Assembly (NCBI GenBank): GCA_934149165.1
Contig: CAKPDY010000001.1
Coordinates: forward strand, 38,866 to 102,865
Length of the DNA stretch: 64,000 bases
Direction: 5' to 3'
From: an uncultured Clostridia bacterium
GTDB taxonomy: Bacteria; Bacillota; Clostridia; TANB77; CAG-508
The notes beneath the pieces are model-generated. The model ran no database searches, was not told where the DNA came from, and worked only from the letters and a program-made list of their open reading frames with translations. Positions 1-9,752 of this stretch are shown piece after piece; position 1 is the stretch's first letter; the number at the start of each line of letters is the position of its first letter. A program made the translations under genes and the position numbers.

Positions 1-121
1 CATTATATTCCATATTTTCAGTAATAAATTTTAACTCTTCTTTTGGTATTTTGTTATATTCATCTTCAGGCAAACTATCAAGTATTAAATATACTTGATA
101 TAATACATTACCTTTTGTCAT
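1..121 (-). CDS. hypothetical protein, N-terminal part only (gene runs off the left edge)
   Basis: ATG at 119-121 on the minus strand, shortly after AGGAGG. The frame stays open to base 1 (MTKGNVLYQVYLILDSLPEDEYNKIPKEELKF...). No family recognised. Confidence 0.35.
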   Translation of the reverse strand, partial: MTKGNVLYQVYLILDSLPEDEYNKIPKEELKFITENMEYN

Positions 122-199
122 AAGCGTACCTCCTAATAATTTTATCTAGTGTATAAATTCACTTAAATTATATTTTTTTATATAATTTAAGTCAATATG

Positions 200-1915
200 T
201 TATTTATCCATCTTTTTCATTTCCTCAAATCTTTTAACTTTAGCAGTTGTAGTTTTAACCATAGGTTCATTTGTAATAACTAAATTCTTAATATATTTAT
301 ATTTAACTAAACCTTTATTAATTTCTTTAATATCTTTCCAAATTATATCATGTAATTCTTCTTCACTAACATCCCCAAATTTTTGTTTAACATATGTTTC
401 ATTATACACTATTTTTACAGAAACAACCAAATCATCGTCTTTTGGCATTCCATAAACCATGCTTTCTGCAACATATGGCAAATTATTTATTAATAATTCT
501 AATTCTTCTGGATAAACATTTTTTCCATTTTTTAAAACAATAACATTTTTCTTTCTTCCTGTTATAAATATAAAACCATCTTCATCTATATAACCTAAGT
601 CACCTGTATGAAACCAGCCATTTTTTAAAACCTCATCTGTTGCTTCTTTATTTTCATAATATCCAAGCATTACATTTGGTCCTTTAGCAACTATTTCCCC
701 TATTCCCTCTTCATTTGGGTTATCTATTTTAACACTAACCTCTGGTAATGGGAAACCTACTGAACCATATCTAATATTTTTAATATTCTCAGCTGCTATT
801 ACTGGTGCTGTTTCAGTTAAACCATATCCTTGAACTGTTAATATTCCAAAATCATTAAATCCTTTTGCCACATTTTTGTCTATAGCTGATGCACCACTTA
901 TTATAAATCTTATATTTCCACCTAAATTATTAATTATATCTTTAAATATTTTTCTTCTAACATCTATTCCAAATTTAAGTAGAAATTGACTTATTTTTAA
1001 GCCCTTTTCAAATTTTTCTTTCTTACCCTGCTTTTCTATTTGTAACATTATTTTTTTATACATTGCTTCTATTAATAATGGTACACATACAAAAACCGAT
1101 ACTTTATATTCTTTTAAATTATCTTGTATATAACGTAAACCATCGCAAAATACATTTGTTGCACCAGATGCTAAAAACAGTGTTAAACCTGTTGAACCAA
1201 ATGTGTGATGAAATGGTAAAAATGCCATATTTACATCTGTTGAATACATTTTTTCAACACATTGCATGTTATATATATTACTTACTATATTATAATGTGA
1301 TAACATTACCGCTTTTGCTAATGATGTAGTTCCTGATGTAAATATTATTGATGCCATTTTTTTATTATCTATTTCATTATCTAAATAGTTGTTATTTCCA
1401 TTTTTTAATTCTTGCTCTCCTATTTGTTTTATATCATCTAAACATTTTATATCATCAAATTTTGATTTTTCCATACAAACTACTTCTTTTAAATTTGTAG
1501 ATTTTTTTTGAAATATTTCATTTATGGAATCTTCATATGATTTTTCAAAAACAATCATATCTGCTTTACTTCTTATTAGCAAAGATTCTATTTCTTCTTT
1601 TGGTAAACCTTTATCTAATGGAACAATCACACCTAATCCATTTATTACTGCATAATATGTAACAGCCCATTCATAACAGTTTTTCCCTATTACAGCAATT
1701 CTTTTATCTTTATATCCCAATTTTTGTAAACCTGTTCCAACATAATTTATATCATTTTGAAAATTTGTATATGTTATATTTGTATAACTTACATTTTTGC
1801 CATCCTTATGTTTAATTTTAAAAGCTATATTTGAAGGATATAACTTAACTGAATTATTAATTAAATCCCTAATATTATCAAATTTTTCTGCTTTATATAA
1901 TATTTTATTTTTCAT
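200..1915 (-). CDS. AMP-binding acyl-CoA synthetase (long-chain fatty acid--CoA ligase family)
   Basis: 571-aa ORF with adenylate-forming signatures IFTSGTTSLAKAVMLSH, QGYGLTE and GWFHTGDLGYIDEDGF. Confidence 0.85.
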   Translation of the reverse strand: MKNKILYKAEKFDNIRDLINNSVKLYPSNIAFKIKHKDGKNVSYTNITYTNFQNDINYVGTGLQKLGYKDKRIAVIGKNCYEWAVTYYAVINGLGVIVPLDKGLPKEEIESLLIRSKADMIVFEKSYEDSINEIFQKKSTNLKEVVCMEKSKFDDIKCLDDIKQIGEQELKNGNNNYLDNEIDNKKMASIIFTSGTTSLAKAVMLSHYNIVSNIYNMQCVEKMYSTDVNMAFLPFHHTFGSTGLTLFLASGATNVFCDGLRYIQDNLKEYKVSVFVCVPLLIEAMYKKIMLQIEKQGKKEKFEKGLKISQFLLKFGIDVRRKIFKDIINNLGGNIRFIISGASAIDKNVAKGFNDFGILTVQGYGLTETAPVIAAENIKNIRYGSVGFPLPEVSVKIDNPNEEGIGEIVAKGPNVMLGYYENKEATDEVLKNGWFHTGDLGYIDEDGFIFITGRKKNVIVLKNGKNVYPEELELLINNLPYVAESMVYGMPKDDDLVVSVKIVYNETYVKQKFGDVSEEELHDIIWKDIKEINKGLVKYKYIKNLVITNEPMVKTTTAKVKRFEEMKKMDK

Positions 1916-1998
1916 TTGGTCACCTTATTCTCCTATTCTTAATTTTATACTTAGGCTATCACATTATTACAGTTTAATCAATTTATATGACTGATTGT

Positions 1999-3306
1999 TC
2001 AATAGCCCGGTTTTTCTAATAATTTAAACATATTTGTTTTATATTTTTCAACACCTGGTTGATTAAATGGATTAACTCCAAGTAATAATCCTGATACAGC
2101 ACATGCTTTTTCAAAAAAATAAATTAAATGTCCTATAGATTCTTCAGTTAAATCATCCATTTTTATTATAATATTTGGAACACCACCATCTACATGAGCT
2201 TTTATTGTTCCAAGCATTGCTTTAGTGTTAACATAATTTATAGTTTTATCTGCTAAGTAATTAAGTCCATCTAAATTATCTTCTTCAAAATTAATTTTAA
2301 TTTTTGTTTTTTCTTTTTTAATTGCAATGATTGTTTCAAATATTGAACGTTCTCCATCTTGAATAAATTGCCCTAATGAATGTAAGTCTGTTGTAAAAAT
2401 TGCACCAGCTGGAAAAATTCCTTTTAAATCTTTTCCCTCACTTTCTCCATATAGTTGTTTCCACCATTCTATTAAGTATTGTAAATTTGGATTATAAGTT
2501 GCTAAAATTTCTATTGTTTTCCTTTTTTTATATAATACATTTCTAGCTGTTGCATATTTATAACAATCATTGTATTTTAAATTAGAATCATTATATTTTT
2601 CTTGAGCAAATTTGGCTCCTTCCATTAATTTATCTATATTTATTCCTGAAACTGCAATTGGTAATAAACCTACTGGTGTTAAAACTGAATATCTTCCACC
2701 TATATTATTTGGTATTACAAAAGTTTCATATTCTTCTTCATTTGCAAGCTGTTTTAAAGCACCTTTTTCTTTATCTGTTGTTACATATATTCTTTTTTGT
2801 GCTTCTTTTATTCCATATTTATTTTCTAATAAATTTCTAAATATTCTAAAAGCAATTGCTGGTTCTGTTGTTGTTCCAGATTTTGATATTACATTTAATG
2901 ATATATCTTTATCTTGCACTAATTCTATTAAATCATTTATATAACTACTACTTAAATTATTTCCAACATAAAAAATCTGTGGAAACTTTCTAATTTTCTT
3001 ATCTTGTAAATTGTAAAATGTATTTGTTAATGATTCTATAATAGCTCTTGCCCCTAAATATGAACCTCCAATTCCTATAACAATTAATACATCTGATGTT
3101 TTTTGAATTCTTTCTGCACACTCTTTTATTCTTTCAAATTCCCTTTTATTATATTGTGATGGCCAATTTAACCATCCCAAAAATTCGTCTTTATGATTTG
3201 CCTTTTTATTCAATAAATTATGTATTTTCTCTATTTCACCTGAATATTCTATAATTTCTGTACCAGTTATTTTACAATTTTTTAAATCTAAACTTATATT
3301 TGACAT
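1999..3306 (-). CDS. pgi: glucose-6-phosphate isomerase
   Basis: 435-aa ORF. Firmicute-type PGI motifs [20 protein letters not shown] and GGRYSVLT. Confidence 0.9.
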   Translation of the reverse strand: MSNISLDLKNCKITGTEIIEYSGEIEKIHNLLNKKANHKDEFLGWLNWPSQYNKREFERIKECAERIQKTSDVLIVIGIGGSYLGARAIIESLTNTFYNLQDKKIRKFPQIFYVGNNLSSSYINDLIELVQDKDISLNVISKSGTTTEPAIAFRIFRNLLENKYGIKEAQKRIYVTTDKEKGALKQLANEEEYETFVIPNNIGGRYSVLTPVGLLPIAVSGINIDKLMEGAKFAQEKYNDSNLKYNDCYKYATARNVLYKKRKTIEILATYNPNLQYLIEWWKQLYGESEGKDLKGIFPAGAIFTTDLHSLGQFIQDGERSIFETIIAIKKEKTKIKINFEEDNLDGLNYLADKTINYVNTKAMLGTIKAHVDGGVPNIIIKMDDLTEESIGHLIYFFEKACAVSGLLLGVNPFNQPGVEKYKTNMFKLLEKPGY

Positions 3307-3447
3307 AAATTACCACTCTCCTTCTTTAGTATATTTTTCCATTTGCTTTTATGTTATAATTTTACATTATGTTTCTTTTTATTTCAATACAATATTTCTA
3401 TTTTTACAACTAATATTAATAATTGTTTATTTGCCTTGCAATTATCC

Positions 3448-3641
3448 GGCTAAATATAGGAGTTACGTAGACCTGGTGGGTTATATCATTGTTCTGAGCT
3501 TCGCCCCAACTGCACACAATATGTAATAGATTTCCACTTTGTTACAATCTATAACATATTGTAGATTGTCGGTCCCCACCTTGACTACGCTTCATAACAA
3601 TGATATAACCCACCAGGTCTACGTAACTCCTACATTTAGCC
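3448..3641 (-). repeat. 194-bp nested inverted repeat, possibly a structured RNA or MITE-like element
   Basis: 46-bp arms at 3448-3493 and 3596-3641 with a single mismatch. Inner 17-bp hairpin at 3516-3532 / 3546-3562 with a 13-nt loop. Unpaired C-rich strands lie between the two stems. The arm mismatch is A.C on the plus strand, which is G.U on the minus strand. Confidence 0.6.
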
Positions 3642-3687
3642 TACTCTACAGTTTAAAATTTGTTAGTAATTACAAATTAACAGTAAC

Positions 3688-4843
3688 TTATTGAACCTCA
3701 TTTAATATTTTTGCCAAATATTTCATACTTGCCAAACACTCTTCAAGAGTATTTCCAGTAGAACCAACTTCAATAATACAAGCAGCCTTAGCAACATGAT
3801 GATTATACCTAGAATTTCTTACAATCATTGGCTTACATAATCCGTGGATACAATTCCTCTGCCTTTTGCTGAACCTTTATAGCAAATTTTAAATTTTCTC
3901 TCCAATTTTTATGTTTTAAACCTCCTCCATCTGTTCCAATAACAAACATTATTCTAGCACAATACTCATCTCCTATTTTAACCTTAGGAGCATAAGTATT
4001 ATCACCAATTGCATCTCTATGTAAATCTATTACAATATCTGTATTCTGATATGTTGAAAGTAAATTTTTTACAGTAATAATAGAACGGTCATATGAACCA
4101 TTATAAGCTGGATAATCATGATATGTTTTATCATGTATTACATTATATCCATAATTTTTTAAATATTTTTCTAATTCATCTCCAACCCTTACAACACTAT
4201 AATTAAAATCTGTTGTTCTATATGTTCCTGTTGCATTATATGAATATTGCTCTGTGGGTGTATAACTTTCACATGTATGTGTATGAAAAATTAAAAAATC
4301 TTGTTTATTAACTTCCACATTTAAATCTGTAATTTCTGCTGATAAATCATAACTTGATTCATTTCTTAACTTCACTCCAAAAATTTCATAAGTATATTTA
4401 TCTGGAATACTACTTGGAATCATTTCAACATTTACACCTGTTTGAGCTTCAACAATTGTGTCTGCTGAATTAGTATTAGTTTCCGTAGCTTGTGTTTCAT
4501 TTTCATCTGTTTTTTGAGTACTGTTATTTTCATTATTATTAGCTATTACTGTATTTGGTAAATTCCCTGTTGCAACAGATTTAAACATACTAAACTCATT
4601 ATTTAATGTTTGTGCAATATAATTTTTATCCATAACATCTGAATCAATCTCTTCTTCGTCTTTTAATAGTAATATTTCATTTTTTATAGTTGACATATAT
4701 GCGCTTGAATTAAAAGAAAAACATCCATTTACATTTTTTTTTGAATAAAAAAAATTAGCAAAAATTGTTATAACACCAAATACTAAACTAATTTTTGCTA
4801 AATATTTACATATATCCTTTAGAGTAACAACTTTTATTTTCAC
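3688..4843 (-). CDS. spoIIP: stage II sporulation protein P (SpoIIP amidase), interrupted by a +1 frame change at CGG 3842-3844
   Basis: The 336-aa ORF (N-terminal TM, FHTHTCESY, DLHRDA) stops at YPRIM*. Skipping the C gives YPGLCKPMIVRNSRYNHH...IIEVGSTGNTLEE...NEVQ*, the conserved SpoIIP C-terminus, ending at 3688. Confidence 0.85.
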
Positions 4844-4922
4844 TTAAATTTTTCTCCTTTGCATAAATATTTATATGAACTAGCCTATAAATATTATATG
4901 CATATTTTAAATGAAATATGTT

Positions 4923-5567
4923 TTAATCTAAACGAGGTTTTAAATCTAAATAAATTGGTTTTTCTTCCATTATCATAGTTGCCTTTCCATGACCTGGATA
5001 TACAATAGTATTATCAGGTAATACTAAAAGTTTATTTATAATAGAATCCATTATATCTTCTAAACTACCTGTTGGTAAGTCTGTTCTTCCCCAAGTTCCT
5101 CTAAATAATGTATCACCTGTTATAACAAATCCTTCACTTTCACAGTAAAGTGAACTTCCACCTTTTGTATGTCCTGGTGTATGAATAACTTTAAATTCTA
5201 AGTTTCCTAAATGTATTAAATCATTATCATTTACTCTTGAATCTGCTTCAAATTCTGCATTCATTCCAATATATGTTGTTAAACTTAATTTATCATTTTT
5301 AAGTCCTTCTGCATCAAATTTATGAATTAATATTAAACCACCTTTTCTTTCCTTTAATTCACAAACTGCACCTATATGGTCTCCATGACAATGTGTTAAA
5401 TATATATATTTCAATTTTGCATTTATAATATTAAGCATTTCTATTATTTTTTCAACTTCACCACCTGGGTCTACAACCATTGTTTCTTTAGAAATTTCAT
5501 CTTGAATTATATATGTATTTGTATATTGTTTTAGTGCTGTTAAGACCCTTATTCTCTTTAGTATCAT
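4923..5567 (-). CDS. MBL-fold metallo-hydrolase
   Basis: 214-aa ORF with THCHGDHIG and the HTPGHT metal-binding motifs. Confidence 0.8.
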   Translation of the reverse strand: MILKRIRVLTALKQYTNTYIIQDEISKETMVVDPGGEVEKIIEMLNIINAKLKYIYLTHCHGDHIGAVCELKERKGGLILIHKFDAEGLKNDKLSLTTYIGMNAEFEADSRVNDNDLIHLGNLEFKVIHTPGHTKGGSSLYCESEGFVITGDTLFRGTWGRTDLPTGSLEDIMDSIINKLLVLPDNTIVYPGHGKATMIMEEKPIYLDLKPRLD

Positions 5568-5598
5568 TATAAAATCATCTTCCTTTTCAATTTATAAT

Positions 5599-7833
5599 TT
5601 ATTTCTTTCTATTTACTTCATATACATTATCAATTTTTCTTAAAGATTTTAAAACATTATTTAAATCTTGTAAATTTTCAACTTCTATTGTTAAATCTGT
5701 TACAGCTATTTTATCTTTATTAACTTTTGAGTTTACACCAACTAACCTTGTTTTTGCTAATGAAACTTGTTTTATTATATCTGCAAGTAAGTTTGCTCTG
5801 TCATTAGCTAAAATTTCAATTTCAACACTATATGATGTTTGAGTTTCATCATACCAATAAACATCTATCATTCTGTCTTCTTGTAGTATTAAATCATTTA
5901 CATTAACGCAATCTTTTCTATGAACAGAAACACCTCTTCCTCTTGTTATAAAACCTACTATCTCATCACCTGGAACTGGATTACAGCATTTTGATAATCT
6001 AACTAAACAGTTATCTATTCCTTTTACAACAACTCCAACATTAGATGGTTTAGTTTTTCTTACTTTTTCATTCGCAAGTTCTTCCAATGTTTTTTCTATA
6101 AATTCATCTGGGTTATCTTTTTTGTATACTTCTAAAATTTTTGCTATTACTTTTGTAGCAGATATTGCTCCAAATCCTACTGCTGAATACATATCATCTA
6201 TTGTATTAAATTTATATCTATCTAGTGCTATTTGTACATATTCATTTTTAAATATTTTACTATATGGTATACCTATTCTTTTTATTTCTTTTTCTATTAA
6301 ATTCTTTCCTTTTTCAATATTTTCTGCTCTTTGTGTTTTTTTGAACCATGCTAAAATTTTATTTTTAGCTGTTGTACTTTTTACAAATTTTAACCAATCT
6401 CTACTTGGTCCTTTTGACTGGTCTGATGTAATTATTTCAACTATATCTCCATTTTTTAATGTTGTAATAATTGGCATCATTTTACTATTTATTTTGCAAC
6501 CAGTCATATGATGACCTATTTCTGCATGTATTGTATATGCAAAGTCTATTGGTGTGGCACCTCTTGGCATTACTTTTATTTCACCCTTAGGTGTGAATAC
6601 ATATACTTCATCAACAAAAAGCTCTGTTTTTAATGTATTTAAAAATTCTTGTGGATCTTGCATTTCCTTTTGCCATTCTAGAGTTTCACGAAGCCATGCT
6701 AATTTATCTTCTTTTACAATTACAGATGTCTTTTTTTCTTTGTTTGCTTCTTTATATGCCCAGTGTGCAGCAATACCAAATTCTGCAATTCTATGCATCT
6801 CCCATGTACGAATTTGAACTTCAAAAGGTGTTCCTTTTGGTCCAATTAATGTTGTGTGTAATGACTGATACATATTTGGTTTTGGAACTGAAATATAATC
6901 TTTAAATCTTCCTGGCATAGGATTGTATAATTCGTGTACAACACCTAATGCTGCATAACAGTCTTTTACACTATCTACTAAAATACGTAGTGCAAATAAA
7001 TCATATATTTGGTCTAAAGTTTTATTATCTCTTTTCATTTTTCTATAAATACTGTATAAGTGTTTCGCTCTTCCTGTTATTTCTGCTTTTATTCTTTGTT
7101 TTTTTAATTCATGATTTATTTGATCTACTATTTGATTTATAAATTGTAATCTTTCTTCTCTTTTTTTGTCTATTCCTTCTACTATTTCTCTATATTCATC
7201 AGGATTTAAATATTTAAATGATAAATCTTCTAATTCCCATTTTAAAGAATACATACCTAACCTATTTGCAAGTGGTGCATATAAATCAGCGGTTTCTTTA
7301 GCTATTGCAATTTGCCTATCTCTTTTTAAGTATTTCAAAGTTCTCATATTATGTAATCTATCTGCTAATTTTATTAAAATTACCCTAATATCTTTTCCCA
7401 TTGCTAAAAACATTTTTCTATAATTTTCTACCTGTTGTTCTTCAGCACTTGTATATTTTAAATTTCCTAACTTAGTAACACCATCTACCATTTCAGCAAT
7501 TTCAGGTGAGAACTCTTTTGCCAAATCCTGTATTGTAACTTCTGTATCTTCTGCAACATCATGTAAAAGTGCTGCACAAATTGTTGCTTCATCTAACTCT
7601 AATCCAGCAAGTATATATGCAACTTGTACTGGATGAATTATATATGGTTCACCAGATTTTCTTAGTTGAGTTCCATGTTTTTCTTTGGCATATTCATATG
7701 CTCTTTTTATGAGCTTTAAATCATTTTTCCTGTTGTTTTTTTTCATTTTTTCTAAAACATCTTCAATAGTTACATCTTTCACTTCTGACACTTTTACATC
7801 ACTCCTTAAATTTTTAATCTTGTCCAATTTCAA
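5599..7833 (-). CDS. relA: bifunctional (p)ppGpp synthetase/hydrolase, RelA/SpoT family
   Basis: 744-aa ORF. HD hydrolase domain (HDVAEDT), synthetase domain (YRKMKRD..., FEVQIRTWEMH), then TGS and ACT regions. Confidence 0.92.
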   Translation of the reverse strand: MKLDKIKNLRSDVKVSEVKDVTIEDVLEKMKKNNRKNDLKLIKRAYEYAKEKHGTQLRKSGEPYIIHPVQVAYILAGLELDEATICAALLHDVAEDTEVTIQDLAKEFSPEIAEMVDGVTKLGNLKYTSAEEQQVENYRKMFLAMGKDIRVILIKLADRLHNMRTLKYLKRDRQIAIAKETADLYAPLANRLGMYSLKWELEDLSFKYLNPDEYREIVEGIDKKREERLQFINQIVDQINHELKKQRIKAEITGRAKHLYSIYRKMKRDNKTLDQIYDLFALRILVDSVKDCYAALGVVHELYNPMPGRFKDYISVPKPNMYQSLHTTLIGPKGTPFEVQIRTWEMHRIAEFGIAAHWAYKEANKEKKTSVIVKEDKLAWLRETLEWQKEMQDPQEFLNTLKTELFVDEVYVFTPKGEIKVMPRGATPIDFAYTIHAEIGHHMTGCKINSKMMPIITTLKNGDIVEIITSDQSKGPSRDWLKFVKSTTAKNKILAWFKKTQRAENIEKGKNLIEKEIKRIGIPYSKIFKNEYVQIALDRYKFNTIDDMYSAVGFGAISATKVIAKILEVYKKDNPDEFIEKTLEELANEKVRKTKPSNVGVVVKGIDNCLVRLSKCCNPVPGDEIVGFITRGRGVSVHRKDCVNVNDLILQEDRMIDVYWYDETQTSYSVEIEILANDRANLLADIIKQVSLAKTRLVGVNSKVNKDKIAVTDLTIEVENLQDLNNVLKSLRKIDNVYEVNRKK

Positions 7834-7885
7834 AACCTTAAAAACTTTACAAATACTAAATTTTAAATTTGAAGAAACATATTAT

Positions 7886-9577
7886 TTAAATTAAGTATGA
7901 TTTTCTAATATCTCTTAAATTTATCTGCACAGTTTCAACTCCATTATATCTATTTATTTCCAAGTTTCCCAATATATCTATTTTTTCCCCTAAACAATAT
8001 TCTTGCACTAAATTTCCCATATTAAAACCAATTGCATCTATTATTAAATTATCATCCTTTAAAGTCATTTTTAAATGCTTTCCTTCAGATAAAGCCCTAA
8101 TTGAATTTATTTTTAAATTTCTATACATAAAAATTGGCATTTTATTTGCTTCTCCAAATGGTTCAAGAATATTTAATTCATTAACAACATTAACTTGCAT
8201 ATCTTTTATTCCAATTTCATCATCTATTTTTATTATTGGAACTAATTCACTTACATTGGTTTTACTAGCATATTGTTCAAAATCATTTCTAAATCCATTA
8301 AAATTTTCTTTTTTTAAACTTATTCCAATTGCCATTGAATGTCCACCAAATTTTTCAATATATTTATCACATTTAGAAACTGCATCATATAAATCAAATC
8401 CTGGAATACTTCTTCCTGAACCTTTTCCCTCATCACCCTCATAGCAAATTAATATACTTGGTTTATAATACATTTCTGTAATTTTTGATGCAACTATTCC
8501 AATTACCCCATGATGCCAGTTTTCATTTGCTAATATAATACATGGCATATCTTTTTCATTTTTTTCAATTTTCTGTAATACTTCTTCAAAAATTCTTTTT
8601 TCAGTATCTTGTCTTTGTTTATTATATTCATTTAATCTCTTAGATATTTCTGTTGCTTCTGTAAAGTCTTCTGTTAAAAATAAATTTAAAGCTTCTCTTT
8701 CACACCCCATTCGTCCACATGCATTAATTCGTGGTGCTACTCCAAACGAAATTGCAGAAGAATCTATTTTTTTATACCCTATAGTATTTATTAATGTTTT
8801 TAAACCAATATTTTTTGTTACTTTTATTAACATTAATCCTAATTTTGCAATTATCCTATTTTCATCCACTAATGGTACTATATCAGAAATTGTTCCAACA
8901 CATACTATATCTAAAAATTTTAAATATTCTTTCTCATCTAATTTATATTTCATACCTATAGCTTGTATTAGTTTAAATACAACACCTACTCCTGCTAATT
9001 GATTAAATGGGTATTTATTATCTTTTCTTTTAGCATCTACTACAGCTAATGCATTTGGTAATACATCTGATGGTTCATGATGGTCTGTTACTATTGTTTC
9101 TAAACCTAAACTATTTGCATATTCTATTTCTTCTATTCCTGATATTCCACAATCTACCGTAATCATTAATTTATAATTATTTGATACAATTTTTTCAATT
9201 GCATTTTTATTTAACCCATAACCTTCATTTAATCTGTTGGGAATATATTCATCAACTTCTAAACCTCTATCTTTCAAAAATTTTTTTAATACTGTAATAC
9301 TTGTAATTCCATCTACATCATAATCTCCATATATTATAACTTTTTCTTTGCTTTCTATTGCCTTTATTATTCTATTTACTGCAATATTCATATCTGGCAT
9401 TAAATATGGGTCGTGAAAATCATTTCTTGTTGGATTTAAAAATGTTTCTATTTCTTCTTTTGTACTTAAATTTTTATTTACTATTACAGTTGCTAGTAAT
9501 TTACTTATTTTAAATTCTTGTTGTACTCGTTTTATTTTTTCTTCATCTTTCTCATAAAATTCCCATTTTTTATTCAT
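7886..9577 (-). CDS. recJ: single-stranded-DNA-specific exonuclease RecJ
   Basis: 563-aa ORF. DHH family motifs GDYDVDGITS, VDCG and TDHH. Confidence 0.9.
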   Translation of the reverse strand: MNKKWEFYEKDEEKIKRVQQEFKISKLLATVIVNKNLSTKEEIETFLNPTRNDFHDPYLMPDMNIAVNRIIKAIESKEKVIIYGDYDVDGITSITVLKKFLKDRGLEVDEYIPNRLNEGYGLNKNAIEKIVSNNYKLMITVDCGISGIEEIEYANSLGLETIVTDHHEPSDVLPNALAVVDAKRKDNKYPFNQLAGVGVVFKLIQAIGMKYKLDEKEYLKFLDIVCVGTISDIVPLVDENRIIAKLGLMLIKVTKNIGLKTLINTIGYKKIDSSAISFGVAPRINACGRMGCEREALNLFLTEDFTEATEISKRLNEYNKQRQDTEKRIFEEVLQKIEKNEKDMPCIILANENWHHGVIGIVASKITEMYYKPSILICYEGDEGKGSGRSIPGFDLYDAVSKCDKYIEKFGGHSMAIGISLKKENFNGFRNDFEQYASKTNVSELVPIIKIDDEIGIKDMQVNVVNELNILEPFGEANKMPIFMYRNLKINSIRALSEGKHLKMTLKDDNLIIDAIGFNMGNLVQEYCLGEKIDILGNLEINRYNGVETVQINLRDIRKSYLI

Positions 9578-9676
9578 CTTTTTCTCCTTGTTTATACAAA
9601 TTTTATATTATTGTATAACATTTTGTTGAATTTTTAAAGTTCTTTTTTGAAATTTTATTAAATTATATCATATACT

Positions 9677-9714
9677 AAAAAGAAAGAAAATCCTTATTGA
9701 TTTTCTTTCTTTTT
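9677..9714 (-). terminator. rho-independent terminator downstream of mutS
   Basis: Stem aaaagaaagaaaatc / gattttctttctttt with T-runs on both strands. Confidence 0.5.
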
Positions 9715-9752
9715 ATTTTATTATAATTTTAATTTATACACTACACTTCATC

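Noticed and set aside
3448-3641. Calling the large inverted repeat a simple terminator of spoIIP, or a second 6S RNA
   Set aside because: A 46-bp perfect stem plus a nested hairpin is far beyond a normal terminator and has no adjacent U-run. Known 6S closing stems are interrupted by bulges, and I cannot verify any 6S sequence signature here. It is therefore left as an unclassified structured element.
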